From the human T2T-CHM13v2.0 reference genome, Homo sapiens: a stretch of 64,000 nucleotides of DNA. A program made the position numbers and the translations under genes. The stretch lies in the NCBI RefSeq assembly GCF_009914755.1, contig NC_060931.1. One strand, 5' to 3'. Under the pieces are notes generated by a model that had not been told where the DNA came from, did no database searches, and was given only the letters and a program-made list of their open reading frames with translations. Each line of letters starts with the position of its first letter. The stretch's first letter is position 1. Positions 44,756 to 57,879 of this stretch are shown piece after piece.

Positions 44756-45857
44756 TACACCAAGAAAGTGGATTTAAAATATATCATCATGTTGGACAGA
44801 AGACTCAACATAATTAAAATATCTGTTCTGGCTTGTTAATTTAGAATCCTGTAAAAATAAATATTCAACAGCTAGATAGGTCTATTATAGAGTTCATCTA
44901 GAAAACAATCAAGCAAAAATAATCAGAAAAAACTTGACTCCCAATAAAACATTAATTGAGAAATAGCCTCACCAGACATTAAATATTATAAAGCCATTTT
45001 AATTAAAAGTGGATGGCATTTGCCCATTAGTAAGAAGACTGTTAGAAGAGAATTAAAAAATTAAAAATTAATCAAATTGTATGTGTAAATTTGGTATAAG
45101 ACAAAGGTATAATTAATACCATTATAATCATGAAAAAGGATCCATTCCTTATAGCAGTCACTAGAATAATTCCAAAGAAATCATAAATTTACATAATTTA
45201 AATATTAAAAATGAAACTACATAAATATTAGACAAAAACATGAGTAAATTCCTCTATAGCTTTAGTGTTAAAAAAAATTTCCTAATTACAGCTCAAATCC
45301 AGATGCACAAAGGAAAAAATATTTGGTGAGCTTGACAAATAGACTATAGATATAAAAATAAAAATGTTTCATAGCAAAAAATAACCACCATTGTGATATT
45401 TGAAGTGAAACACCATAATGACATAATATAAATCTACCTCTAATTTATATCATAGACAAAATACTAATGTTATTAGAATATATGAGCTTCAAATCTATGA
45501 AAAAAAAGGAAAATTGGCAAGGTATATAAATGTACTGTTCACAGACAAAGAAGCATAAATCCTTTAACCATAAGAGAAAATGCTCAACCTGACTCATTTA
45601 ACTGAATGCAAATTAAAACTAACTGGGTTTCCAATTCTCCCCTACAGATTAGAAACTATCAAAACTTTTGACTTTATCCTCTGTTGGCCAGGTTGCGTAA
45701 ATGAGCCATTCTCATGTACTGCTGTTAAGGATGCAAAGCAGCATAATCCATATATGAGAAAATTGATGAGGCAATAATTGGCAAAATTATGAAAGCATTT
45801 GCCCTTTGACCCAGCAATTCTACTGCTAGTAAACAACCCCAAAGCTAAACTGGTAAG

Positions 45858-46169
45858 CTTTTTATTTTTTTTTATTTTATTTTTCAACAGTCAGGGTCTT
45901 TCTCTGTCAGCAGGCTAGCATGCAGTGGTGTGATCCTAGCTCACTATAGCCTCAAACTCCTGAGATCAAACAAATCCTTCTGCCTCAGCCTCTCAAGTAG
46001 TTGGGACTGCAGACACACATCAGCACACCTGGATAATTTTATAATTTTTGGTAGAGACAGGGTCCCTCAGTGTTGCCCAGGCTGGTCTGGAACTCCTGGG
46101 TTCAAATGATCTTCCTTCCTCGGCATCCCAAAGTGCTGGGATTACAGGTGTAACCCAATGCACCTGGCC
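45858..46169 (-). mobile_element. AluJ (Jo/Jr-like)
   Basis: Reverse two-arm Alu with actggtaa on both flanks. Confidence 0.9.
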
Positions 46170-46387
46170 ACTGGTAAAAATTTTGAAAAGGCATATAGAC
46201 CAGAATCTTTATCCAGCAAATGCCCAACAATGGGAACAAAATAAATACACTATATTTTATCTTTACAGTGGAGTACTATGCAGTTATACAAAAATAAGAA
46301 ATATCTGTGCTAAGATTAAATGATCTCCAAAATGTATATTTTACATGACAAAAAACATGAAAAAGTGGATATCTAAGGGCAAAACAA

Positions 46388-46455
46388 ATGTATGTGTGTG
46401 TGTATATATGTATATATGTATATATATGAATATATGTATATATGTATATATATAT
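46388..46455. repeat. (TG)n/(TA)n compound microsatellite
   Basis: tgtatgtgtgtgtgtatatatgtatatatgtatatatatg... Confidence 0.9.
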
Positions 46456-47927
46456 TTGACTACAATTGAAGTTTAAGTCACTTTTTAAAATTAAAAATGA
46501 GGGAAGAAATAGGATACAGTAGACAGTAAGAAACACTAGGCTTCTCTTGGTACACATGGTTTTATAGGCCACACTTTGGAATTCTGTAGATATTTTACAC
46601 AATTATAAAACAAAAACAAACAGAAAAATGATCTCAAAAATTTGTATTTGCAATGAAATGAATAAACCTAACTGTGCATTAAGCTGATGACATACTCAAA
46701 AACAGAGAAACTATTCCAAGTTACTATAAAACAGTGATTTCATACATTCTGAGTAAGATATACACTAAGCCAAAAAAGGAGAAGGTGTTTAAAAAATTCT
46801 TAAACAGTTTCACCAACTATATTTTTGGTGGCAGTGGTTAGTATTTTTGTCTTATACTGTTGCATAGTGTATATTGTGGGATAAATAATTTGGGAAATTA
46901 TGTTGGTGTATTTGAAATCCAGGATTTTATGCATTGGAAATGGAGATGTGAGACTGGTGAAGTAAAATGAAACTCTGTAGGCCTAAATGGAAATGTAATT
47001 GTTAATATAAAATTATTAATGGTAGTCTTTACAAAATAAACAAAAATTTTTAAACTCTGGTCACTGAAAAAGCCTAGAAACAATGACAAACCAGTAGTAA
47101 CGATGACTCTTAATACCTAGATTGTGATTTTCAATGATCTGTAAATACTATTTCCCACCAAAAGCAACTGGTCTTCTTGAGGGCAGGACTGATTTGAGGT
47201 CTGAGAAAGGACATGGACAAAATTTCCCTGGAAACATTTGTCATAGCAGAAAGCAAGAAGATAGCAATGACTACTAAGGTCATGGTAAATGGACCAAGCC
47301 AGGAGCCAACATAAAGAACTCTCCTTATGCAAGAGTAGAACAAATTGAATCTCATTAAAAGTAAAAACTACTATGTATTGAAACACAGCAAGTATTTTTA
47401 AATATATGAATTGAAATACATGAATATATAAATATATGAACATGAAATATATGAATGGTTAAAAACAATCTTTGGACACCATTAGTAGATGCTATTTTTA
47501 AATTAGTTTTTTAAAGAAAATCTATCAAGAGTTTATCTATTTATTGCGGGAACCACACATTGAGAAATAGGAAGCAAATTTTCTCTTTATTGCAGTATTT
47601 TAGCTAATGAATAGAAAAGAAATAACAGAATTAAAATATGTCAATTTTATAACACCTCTCCCCCAAAATAATAGACCTAATCTATGACCATTTATAATTG
47701 TTACAATTACACAAAATGGTATAAGCAGGCATTACATGCCTTCAGGAAAATGATATTCTGAAAATATTCACACCCAATTCTGATTTAGCTTCTGCCTCTA
47801 CCTATCAATTTACAAGAAGTACCGGGGTCAGGGTAACACAGTTATTGACATAAGGGGATTATAATTAGTAAAATGCAGGCTAGAAGAAACTCCAAAAGGT
47901 CCATTTACAGGTTTATTGAACAAGTAA

Positions 47928-48284
<357 letters not shown>

Positions 48285-49195
48285 ATAAGGTGTTCTTAAC
48301 TGCAAAAATTAAAACTACGTGAGGGAAACATATATATGTTAATTAGCTAGATTTAGTCATTCCACTGTGTATATATACTTCAAAACATGTTGTAAAAGAT
48401 AAACCCATACAATTTTGTCAGTTCATAAAGTAAAATAATGTTTAAAAATTTAAGAAACAACCAAATGTATAGACCTTTTTGATACCTAATTAAACTGTAA
48501 AACGTATTTATGAGACAATCAGAAAATTTTGAACAAATACTATACATTTTATATTAGTTCTTATCAATTTTTAGGTGTGTTTTAATTATATAATAGTTAT
48601 ATTTAAAACATATTTTAGAGATATACACTAAAATGCTTACAGATAAAATGTTAAAGTGCCACAGATTTGTTTTATAATTATCTGAGTGTTAGAAAATAGA
48701 TGAGGCCTGAGTTGATAATTTTTAAAAGCTGGGTGGGTGGCTTCTTGATGGTATTCCTTCCATACTTGAAAATGCTAGATACTTCATATAGTGAAATGTT
48801 TTATCTTTCCCAAAGCATACATGTGTGCACAGAGTATAGACATTGTCATAGCAGAAAGCAAGAAGAAATCCAAAATTGAATTTCTGATTGTAGAAATCTG
48901 AAAAAAATAATTTACATAAGCCCCTCTAGAACACTAATATTTACAATTTTTTTTCTATCTATCCCACACTCTGGTTTTACTCTTTAAGCCTAAATCTATT
49001 GTTTGACTACAGTGACAAGAAAAGGTGGCTGAGAACTATGGCACCTGCTGTTGGCTGAGCATGGGAGAATCGAAGACTTGTATTTACTGGAGGCATTTAA
49101 AAATAGGATAAGGGTCTCACCAGACGAATGCATTATACATTATATAGGGAGAAGGATATCAAACTGGGATATGATCATCAAAAATGCTGGATAGA

Positions 49196-49315
49196 GGCCA
49201 GGAAGTGTGGCTAACACCTATAACGCCAGTACTTTGAGAAGCTGAGATGGGAGGATATCTTGAGCCCAGGAGTTTGAGAACAGCCTGAGCAACATAGCAA
49301 GAGCACAGCTCTACA

Positions 49316-49360
<45 letters not shown>

Positions 49361-49520
49361 TACTTGGGCTTAGGGGCAAGCACACTATAGTCTTAACTAC
49401 TTGGTAAGCTGAGGTAAGAGGATCACTTGAGCCCAGAGTTCGAGGTTCCAGTGAGCTATGATCATGCCACTACATTCCAGCCTGGATGACAAGAGTAATA
49501 TCTTATCTCTAAAAAACAGA
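49196..49520 (+). mobile_element. AluJ (Jo/Jr-like) with an (AAT)15 linker
   Basis: TSD aatgctggataga on both flanks; AAT x15 at 49316-49360. Confidence 0.92.
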
Positions 49521-51402
49521 GAATGCTGGATAGAGAATAATTTACACAATTTAGCAAGCTAAAATTCAAAGGTTTCCATCCGGAATTGTAATATCAGAAC
49601 AACTGAGGAATATGCATGGTTAAGTCGGATTTTATGTTACATAAATGTGTAGTACATAGCTTTCTTTTTTCCTAAAGCAATATGGGAAATTAGAAGAGGA
49701 GCCAATACAAGCGACTTGGCATTGCATTTCACTTTATTTTAGTGTCAGATATGTGTACAAATAAGTTTCTATCTTCCTTAGGATAGTCAAAGGTTAATTT
49801 AATTTATATGTGATAAATGAGATAAAAAAGGAGATTTTATATTCAGATAGAAGTGCATTATATTATTATTAAAACCATAAAGAATTTAGTTTTATCCAGA
49901 AGCCTAAAATCCCAGCCTATAAAAACTGATTTCAGAAAGCTGCATTTTTTAACAAAAAGCGTTTTTTTCTATAGCCTTCATTAAAATAAGTTGTATATAC
50001 CTAGTTTGCTTGTGAATAGTTTATAATGCTTTCAGTATGTCTATTTTTTTATTTAAATAATAAGCGGTGGGGGGAGCTTGAGAAACACATTTTCCCCATT
50101 TCAGTTCTTTAATATTTTTGTCTTGATTATAGAAATCCAAAAAGAAAAGAAAAGAAGAAGGAAACAAGGAGAGAAGAGGAGAGGAGAGGAATATGTTCAT
50201 AGAGAATACAGCCCAGAGTGCTGCAATCCCATTCAGTACTTCTTTTTTGAAAGGAGAGAAATCCTAGCCCTGCATAGTTATGCATTTCCAGCAAAAGATA
50301 ACAAGTCCCTGAAAAACAAGAACTCATTATAGTAGGCAACAAAATAGAATCAATATAAGTTTGTAACATAAACAGTTTTAGATTTTAATGATTCATTCTA
50401 GTTCTTTTAGTAATGTGTAATTTGAAAGTTTACATTGTTATTTGCTTGTTGGTCATAGACATTGGGGTTATTATACTTAAAATAGGTGGGGTGCATGTGT
50501 GCACGGGCACAAGTGTGTGTGTGTACTTTGAATAGTTTCTACAGATTAACTTACTTTGGACAGAGACTGAGTCTCTCCATATATAAAAGTCTAATTAAAA
50601 TACAGTTTTTACAGATTTTATGGCCAAAAACTAAAATCTAAATTTAAAATATTAACATGTAAGTTTATTCCTTACTTAGAAATACTTGAATGTCTCTTAC
50701 CTTTATCCAATACAGACATACAAAATAAAATGTCATTCCCTTAATCCTCTTCCTATGCTGGAAATGCCTGTAAAAGAGTCCTACATTTTCTATATTTTAG
50801 ATCTAAAACAATTTTGAATATTACCTAGGGCAAGAGGATATTATCTCTTCAGGGTATTAATTACTTCACATTGAGAAGTTAATATAAAACCAGGCTAAGA
50901 TAATGATTATATCACCAAGGGAACATGCTTAGACCCAATTAATCAAATTAATAATTTGATTAACAGATATAATGAATTAATTTAATCAATGTACTATTAT
51001 CTAAAAGAGTATCAAAATATGCAGATCTTTTGTGACTAAACATAGAGGCTGCATAAATTTAAACATACATTTACATTATATTGAAGAGAAACTTTGATGT
51101 ATTTAGTGTTATCAACCTGTTCACAACACTTTTCCATTCTAAATTGCAGATCTGGAAATACTGTAGAATTCTGGAACTTTGATTGCAGGCTTTTAAAAAT
51201 AGAAACAACAACAAAAAGCAGTCAAATGTGTCTACTGAGAGTATAACTAAAACACACACAGTAACAAGCCAGTTGGTAGCTTAGAAAAATAAATCAATTA
51301 CAAGAGTTTGCCAACAGAACACCATTAGACCCCATGTTTTCTGCTGCATTGGTGGGCCATATGGTAATGGATTTATTCTACGTTGACAGGAGGACAATTT
51401 TC

Positions 51403-51403
<1 letters not shown>

Positions 51404-51433
<30 letters not shown>
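51404..51433 (+). repeat. Pure A30 mononucleotide run
   Basis: 30 uninterrupted A with no adjacent Alu or L1 body. Confidence 0.95.
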
Positions 51434-51435
<2 letters not shown>

Positions 51436-51796
51436 TTGACATTTTGGTTTTTTTTGCACTGCGCTTAGTTATGAGGTAATTATATTGAAATATGGTGCAT
51501 GTTTGTTCATATATGAGCCTTGATTACGTTTTCAATCAAAGAAATAATTTAAGATATATCTCCATGCTGCATTCATCCAATAACAAAAGTCCATGGGATG
51601 AGTGAAACACTGCAGAGCTGGAGTTCAGGTGGTCTGCAGTCATAAGACCTCCCTTTAATTTGCTGGTTATTCTTCAACAAAGCTTCGGAACAATCCTAGA
51701 TTTCTACCACCATTCTGAAGCCAACCTGCTCTGAGTAAGAGGATGATGGTATCAAGAGATCAGCTTTTTGGTCCCGACCACAGAATATGGTACAGT

Positions 51797-51815
51797 TCTG
51801 CCACCTAGTGGTTGC
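51797..51815 (-). promoter_or_regulatory. Candidate CTCF site
   Basis: The minus strand reads gcaaCCACTAGGTGGCAGa, matching the CTCF core CCASYAGRKGGCR, in non-repeat sequence. Confidence 0.65.
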
Positions 51816-53697
51816 CTTCTCACACGTGACTTGGCAGCATTTACACTTGGTAGACTCTGCATCTACAAAGAAAATGGTGAAGTTGGGAACAGCCAGCAAA
51901 AGCTTGGCAAGTCGCTTTCCACCATGTAAATAGAGAAATAATCCAGGTTTTAACTGAAATAAATATAAACGCTCTTATTTTAACATACGAAACAGGTGAG
52001 GCCTTCACATTCTGGTCTCTGTCCACCGTCCAACTTGCGGTTATTCAAATGCACCGTATTCTCTTATGGTCTCTTCTCTGGGTGCATAATTCTCTTATTT
52101 ATCTTGGCTAGACTGAAGATTCTTATATCCTTTAATTTGGGAATTGTGTCCCCATGAAGCCTGCACTGAATCCTGGTCTATTTGCCCCATGGTATTTCTC
52201 CCAGCTGATTGTCCTTGTGAATCCCTGCTTACCTTGTAGAAGAAAAATTCCTGGGCAAGAGTTTTGCCTTTACATCTTTGGATAGCCCCAGCACTTAACA
52301 CTGTGTCTTTGGCCCATAAATATGTGATGTATGATATGTATGATATAAATATGTGATGTATGTGATCCTTTGGAAGAGGAGTTTAATTCTGAATTTAGCA
52401 CAATTATTCTTATAGAAAAATGAAGCAAACACTTATTTAAAAACATACTATTTGCCAGATGTGGCCTTCTTAGGCTTTCTAAACCAGAGTTCCCAATGTT
52501 TTCATATGATTTACATGCATTCATGTTAAATATATGGGAAATTTAGATCCTTGGTAGTACAAGGAGTAGAATCTTGAGGAGTGCTGTAAAAAAATCTTTA
52601 AGGTTGATTGTAAAAGAAAATCTAAACAAATTATAAACAATATTTCAAGATTCATCCTGCCAGAGTGGTGAAATAAAGAACAAAACTAAAAAATGTGTAC
52701 ACTTTACTTAGAAAATAAGATTCTAAATCTTCACTTTGTGCAAGACCTTTAATCTCATAATATGCAATATAAATTTTCATGGTGGTCAGAAAAGCAATTA
52801 TGTAAAAATTCCACTTTGACTTAATTTAGCTCATCCTGGCCTATCTTCAAGCCACACCTGCTTACTGTATTGACCAAAATAAACATTCACCCATTTCTGT
52901 ATTACATAACTAAAAGAATTACGTAAAAGCCAGCTTAGATTCTTTTTTCAATATTTGCTGAGCTTACAACACAATCCTGGTTTAGAATTTTATTGTCCAT
53001 AGGTAAACTATAGAAGATAAAATTTGATGCTAGAGGTTGCCATGTGGAGTTTGCAAAACTACTGGTTATGAAATAATATCATCTTTGCATGCAGATGGAA
53101 CATTTGATATGGAGAAATAAACAGCAAACGTTTAGAAGGCCAAGATACATGATTAAGTATGGTACTCTTTAGCGAGTGGCTCAATACAATCTGTCATCAA
53201 AATGTTCTTATGTGAGAGTTCACCTGCCTCATTTCTCATGCCTTAGATGACTATTTTTCAGATAACTGTGATAAATTTAGAATGAACCAAATACTTTCTG
53301 TGATGCTTTTGCTTAATAAGTTTAAAAAGAGATAAATAACAGAATCACATTTATAAGGTATCATGTATATTATAATATATATGTGAAATCTTAGCGTATC
53401 AGCTTCCACTTGCTTTTAAGGACGTATAAAACTCAAAACAATGTTATCATTCTTTGGAAGGGAATATACATTAAATAAAAATGTCAAGTTGTCTTAAATT
53501 TAATGGAAATTTAATGGAAATCAAGTAAGCCAATATTTTCCTAGATAAGAAGTAGCTTTATTTGTTGCTTTCTTTCATTACATCAGGGAGCTGTTTTATC
53601 ATGTTTTATTGTTAACTTTATTCTGAATTTCAATCCTAGGAAAAGCCTATGTGGCGTAGTATGTATGAACAAAACAGACCTTTAGCTTTACGTAGAG

Positions 53698-53868
53698 AAG
53701 TAATTTCCAAACCTGGCTTCTTAGTAAGTCCTGGGAGCTTTCAAAGCACACAGATACCTTGGCCCCAGCCAGTACCTACAGAAGCAGAATCTCTGAAAGT
53801 TAGTTCAGGAATCTGTGTCTTTCAAAAGTTGTCCAAGTGGTTCCTACATATTGCATTTTAGACCAGTA
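53698..53868. mobile_element. MER5-like (hAT-Charlie) fragment
   Basis: cctgggagctttcaaag...cttggccccagcc...agcagaatctctg...caggaatctgtgtctttcaaaag. Confidence 0.6.
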
Positions 53869-53906
53869 ATTAAAGTGGTGTTTGGTTCTCAAAATGTGAG
53901 AACAAA

Positions 53907-54099
53907 GATTGGTTCTCAAAGTGTGGTCCTCAGAACAGCAGTGTCAGCATCACCTGAGAGCTTGTTATAAATGCAAATTTTTAGAACACTCCAGATCTGC
54001 TGAATCAGAAATTCTGGAAGTGGGGCCCAGCAACATGTACTTTAACAAACCCTACAGGTGATGCTGAATCACACTAAAGGTTATGTTTGAGAACCACTG
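53907..54099. mobile_element. MER5A (hAT-Charlie MITE)
   Basis: Terminal inverted repeats tggttctcaaa...tttgagaacca; internal cagcatcacctgagagcttgtta and tgaatcagaaattctgg...ggggcccagcaa. Confidence 0.88.
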
Positions 54100-55757
54100 G
54101 TTTAAAAAAAGAAGTTGAAAATTGAGGATTCTTTTAATTCAATATGATTTATCAAATGCTTACTGTTTTGAGAAAATATAAATAAGATTCCTAATTTATG
54201 GAGGATACAATATAACCAATTCTATTGTGTCTTTACTTGTGATTTGTTTTATGATTTTAAACGAATTATTTACTTGTTAATATCTCCTTTACAATAATTG
54301 TTTATTTTCTTTAAATTATCAGTATAAACCCCATATGCAATAGGTTTAACTTAATTATATTTTTACTGAAAGTACTATATTGCCTCAATAAACTGTTCTC
54401 CAAAATACCTATTTTGTGAATTTTGAAAGTCTCTTCTTTTGGAAGAATCACAGAATTATAGAGACTGGGAAGAGAGATAATTTGGCCTCATTTTATAGAC
54501 TGAACAAATAAGCAAAATTACACTCTGAAAACAGAACAGAAAGTCTTCTACATGATAACAACAAAGAGCCCTTGATAAAAAGATTTTTCAAATATTACCT
54601 TGTTTGTCATATCACCGTGAGACAGGCATTACTGCTATAACAATGTAAATGTCGAAAGTGAAGTTAAATGACTTTCTGGTAGATACTGATCTGGCAAATA
54701 ATTGAGCACAGATTATAAAACCAGACCCTATAAATTTTAAATCTATGATCTTTACAACAGACTCCACTGCCAGGAAATTGAATGTGCATAGTAGGCTCAT
54801 AATATATATTTGTGTAACTGAACTGAAAAGATAGCTTCATTTCTAGGATGAGGAAAAACTGGTCATTGCTTTTCTATTCTATTAATTCCTGTTGGAAAGA
54901 GATATCTTAAGAAATAGCACTTGGAATTTCCAGCCATGAGCATAAAGTAAAAAAACCAATTCATCTGCATTGACGGCACTGATTTACAGAGGTACACAAA
55001 TAATGATGCCTAGACAATATCCAGGGTTAATTGTTTTCCGGCATCAAAAAGCTTGAATTCATTGTTCCTGGGGCTATAAAACAAATTAGTGCTACCCAGA
55101 TCTCAGGAGCTCATGTTTTTAAGTACCTCATCAACATTTAAAATGAGCCATTTATTTTTCTAGACATTTGATTTCAGCTGAACTATTGATCACTATGAAT
55201 TTTCTTATGGATAAGTATGAATTGCTCCACAACATTAAGAATACCAAATAGCTCATGTTTCTTTTCAGTAAAATCAAAACCAGATTTTAGCTGCCAATCA
55301 TCTTAGTTGACCAGGCCAACATCCATTCATTTTCAAGTCTCACTTCCTACTATTGATCAGACAAGAACAGTGAAGCATACACAGTTCATAAAAATGAAGC
55401 TCTGTCTTCTCCGTGCTCCTTCATGTTGGTCACTGGGGCCACTGGCCTTTACCCAGGCATCAGGAACACAACAAGATAGCTGGCTCTGCATTTCCCCAGT
55501 CAATTCCAGATCAAGCAATGAGACTTTTTCAAAGTTCTCTGAATTACAGTTCTCAACACACAGTCTCCCCTCAGAGATCCTCACAGCAATCACCATGGAA
55601 ACTGTCATTCCAGGGATAATTCATTTACTCAAAGACCAATTCTCAAAAATCTCAGAATGTGTCAACCCCTCCACACTCATATTCCAGTCTCAGGAATTTC
55701 AATTATTTGTGGCAGGCTACTTATTTCTCCAAACTCCAAGCACAGAGACCAGAGACA

Positions 55758-55825
55758 TCTCCTCTCTCTCTCTTTTTCTCTCTTTCTCTCTCTCCCTCCC
55801 TCCCTCCCTCCTTCCCTCCCTCTCC
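55758..55825. repeat. Polypyrimidine (CT)n/(CCCT)n tract
   Basis: ctctctctctctttttctctctttctctctctccctccctccctcc... Confidence 0.85.
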
Positions 55826-57509
55826 ATTCAACCTATTTGATTAATTAATAGAACAATACTTTACAAATTTTAAACAAAAGAACATGCACATAAGGCATCC
55901 TTGGATGCACTGGATTTTCCCTCTCATATTATATGGAATACACTGCTCTTCCTGTAAAATTCAAAAAGACCATTTACTTCCCTTGGAGTAAGAACAATTC
56001 AAGCCTTTAACTACATGATTCTGGCCTCTCTACTGAGTCTACAGCAAGTATTACTGCTAGGAATAATAATAAATTAAACATGGAAAGCCAAATAACAATA
56101 TTTCAATATATCACTTTTAATACAGATCACTTTGCCTCTCAGAAACCCTGGATAGCCTAGAAGTATTATGGAAAGTCTCTCTAAAAGCCCTCGTTCAATT
56201 TTTTCCCAATTAGCCTTAATGATCACCTCGATTTCATCCCATGTAGAGGATTATAGGAAGAACAAAGAAATCTGTGGATTTATAGCCAACCTATTTATAT
56301 TTTTTAAAAAAACTGGATTTACAGCCAACCTATTTATCTTCAAACGGCAACACCTCTTCTCATGAGTAAAGTACAAAAAAATGTATGTAGAGATCCACTG
56401 TACATACATCATGTAGTCTTCATACTATGCTCATAAATGCTTCATATGACAGGCAGTCCAAAGTGGTCGTTGAAAGCAGGGATTCATCCTGCTCCGGATA
56501 AACTGGGAAAGCTGAGCCTGCACCAGGAAAATGGAAGCCAGGACTTAATGGATGATTGAAACTGAAGAATGAAGGAGTTAAAGGAAATGGAGGAGGCAAA
56601 TAACAATTTGAGTGTTTTAACTGCCTAGCAGTTTATACCTTTCATTGAGACTTGGCTTTCAGAAAGAAAAAGAGAGATCTAATAAAAACTATAATAATTT
56701 CAGTTTTCAACATGTTAAGTTTAAGGTGCCTCTGAGACATTCAAGTTACCTGGGGACTATTCACACTGAAGTTCTCAATAGAAAGATATTTAGATACGGA
56801 ATTCAGAAGAGAGGTCTGAGTATGAAAATTTCAGCTTTGTACAAAGATTTCCAGCTTCAAGCATCAGAAACTTTAAATTACCTTTTTATTTTAATTATTG
56901 TAATCACCTCATTTCTAAAGGCTTATCTTTTCTTGCATCCTGCTAATCCCCAGAATTTAAATTTTGCGTCCTCCTTTGCTAGTAAAGAACTATCTTTAGG
57001 AACAGCTTCTATTTTGGAGGGATAAGGGGAAAGGACTGCTTTAAAAACTAATGCTGAGAGATTTCAAAGTTTTAAATAAATTCCAGGGGCTGACTCCTTT
57101 TGGTTGTAAGTAAATTGAAGAAAAAATGCGTTCTGTATTTTATAGTCTTAATCAAAGTTCCAGGAGTCCGGAGACCAGATTTTATGGAGCTAATAGGCAA
57201 AGGACTCCACTGATCCAACTGATATAAATAAGCCATCTTGAGTCACTAAGGATTACTAAATTGCCACGTCCTTCATTGCTCCTCCCAGTGTTTGTTTTGT
57301 TTTGTTTTCTTTTGTTTCAGGGAATGAAAACACCATGTATCCAATCTGTTCAAGCTAGGAAAGTTTTATTCTGGCAACCCCTCAGCTGAAATTTTTTGGG
57401 TCAGTCTGTACTTCACCAAAGCCATTCCGTTCTCTACAAACTCACTTTGACTACTCTAACTTGAACTTCAGTGTTAGTAAATAGCCATCACGTCTTCCTG
57501 CCTGCTGTT

Positions 57510-57740
57510 TAGAGTCAGGTAACTTAGTTTTGAATGCTGGCTTTCTTCACAATCCCCACACTCAGGACTCCCCTCGACTAACTACCTGGAAAAATTTGAG
57601 TAAATTATTCAGCCTCTCTATGAATCTCTTTCCTTAGATGTAAAATGGGCATAACGCTGCCTACTTCATGAGATTGTGAGGATTAACTGGTAGTGTATAT
57701 TAAGGTACTTTGCTTAATGGATGACACATAACAAACACAA
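57510..57740 (+). mobile_element. MIR
   Basis: tttgagtaaattattcagcctctct...tgtaaaatgggcataac...cctacttcatgagattgtgaggattaa. Confidence 0.7.
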
Positions 57741-57879
57741 AAACCCAATATTTTTTACTTTTTTTCTCTTCTGTGCTTATTAGATATTGTTACTATGATT
57801 TATAAATAAGAAACCAAATAAGAAGAAAGATAACTAAGGTAATTTCACAGCCACTAGGTGACAGATGCCATTCACTGTG

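Noticed and set aside
55307-55840. 177-aa + strand ORF with an overlapping 83-aa - strand ORF
   Set aside because: Non-ATG start, runs into a (CT)n tract, and shows no recognisable homology or flanking splice structure.
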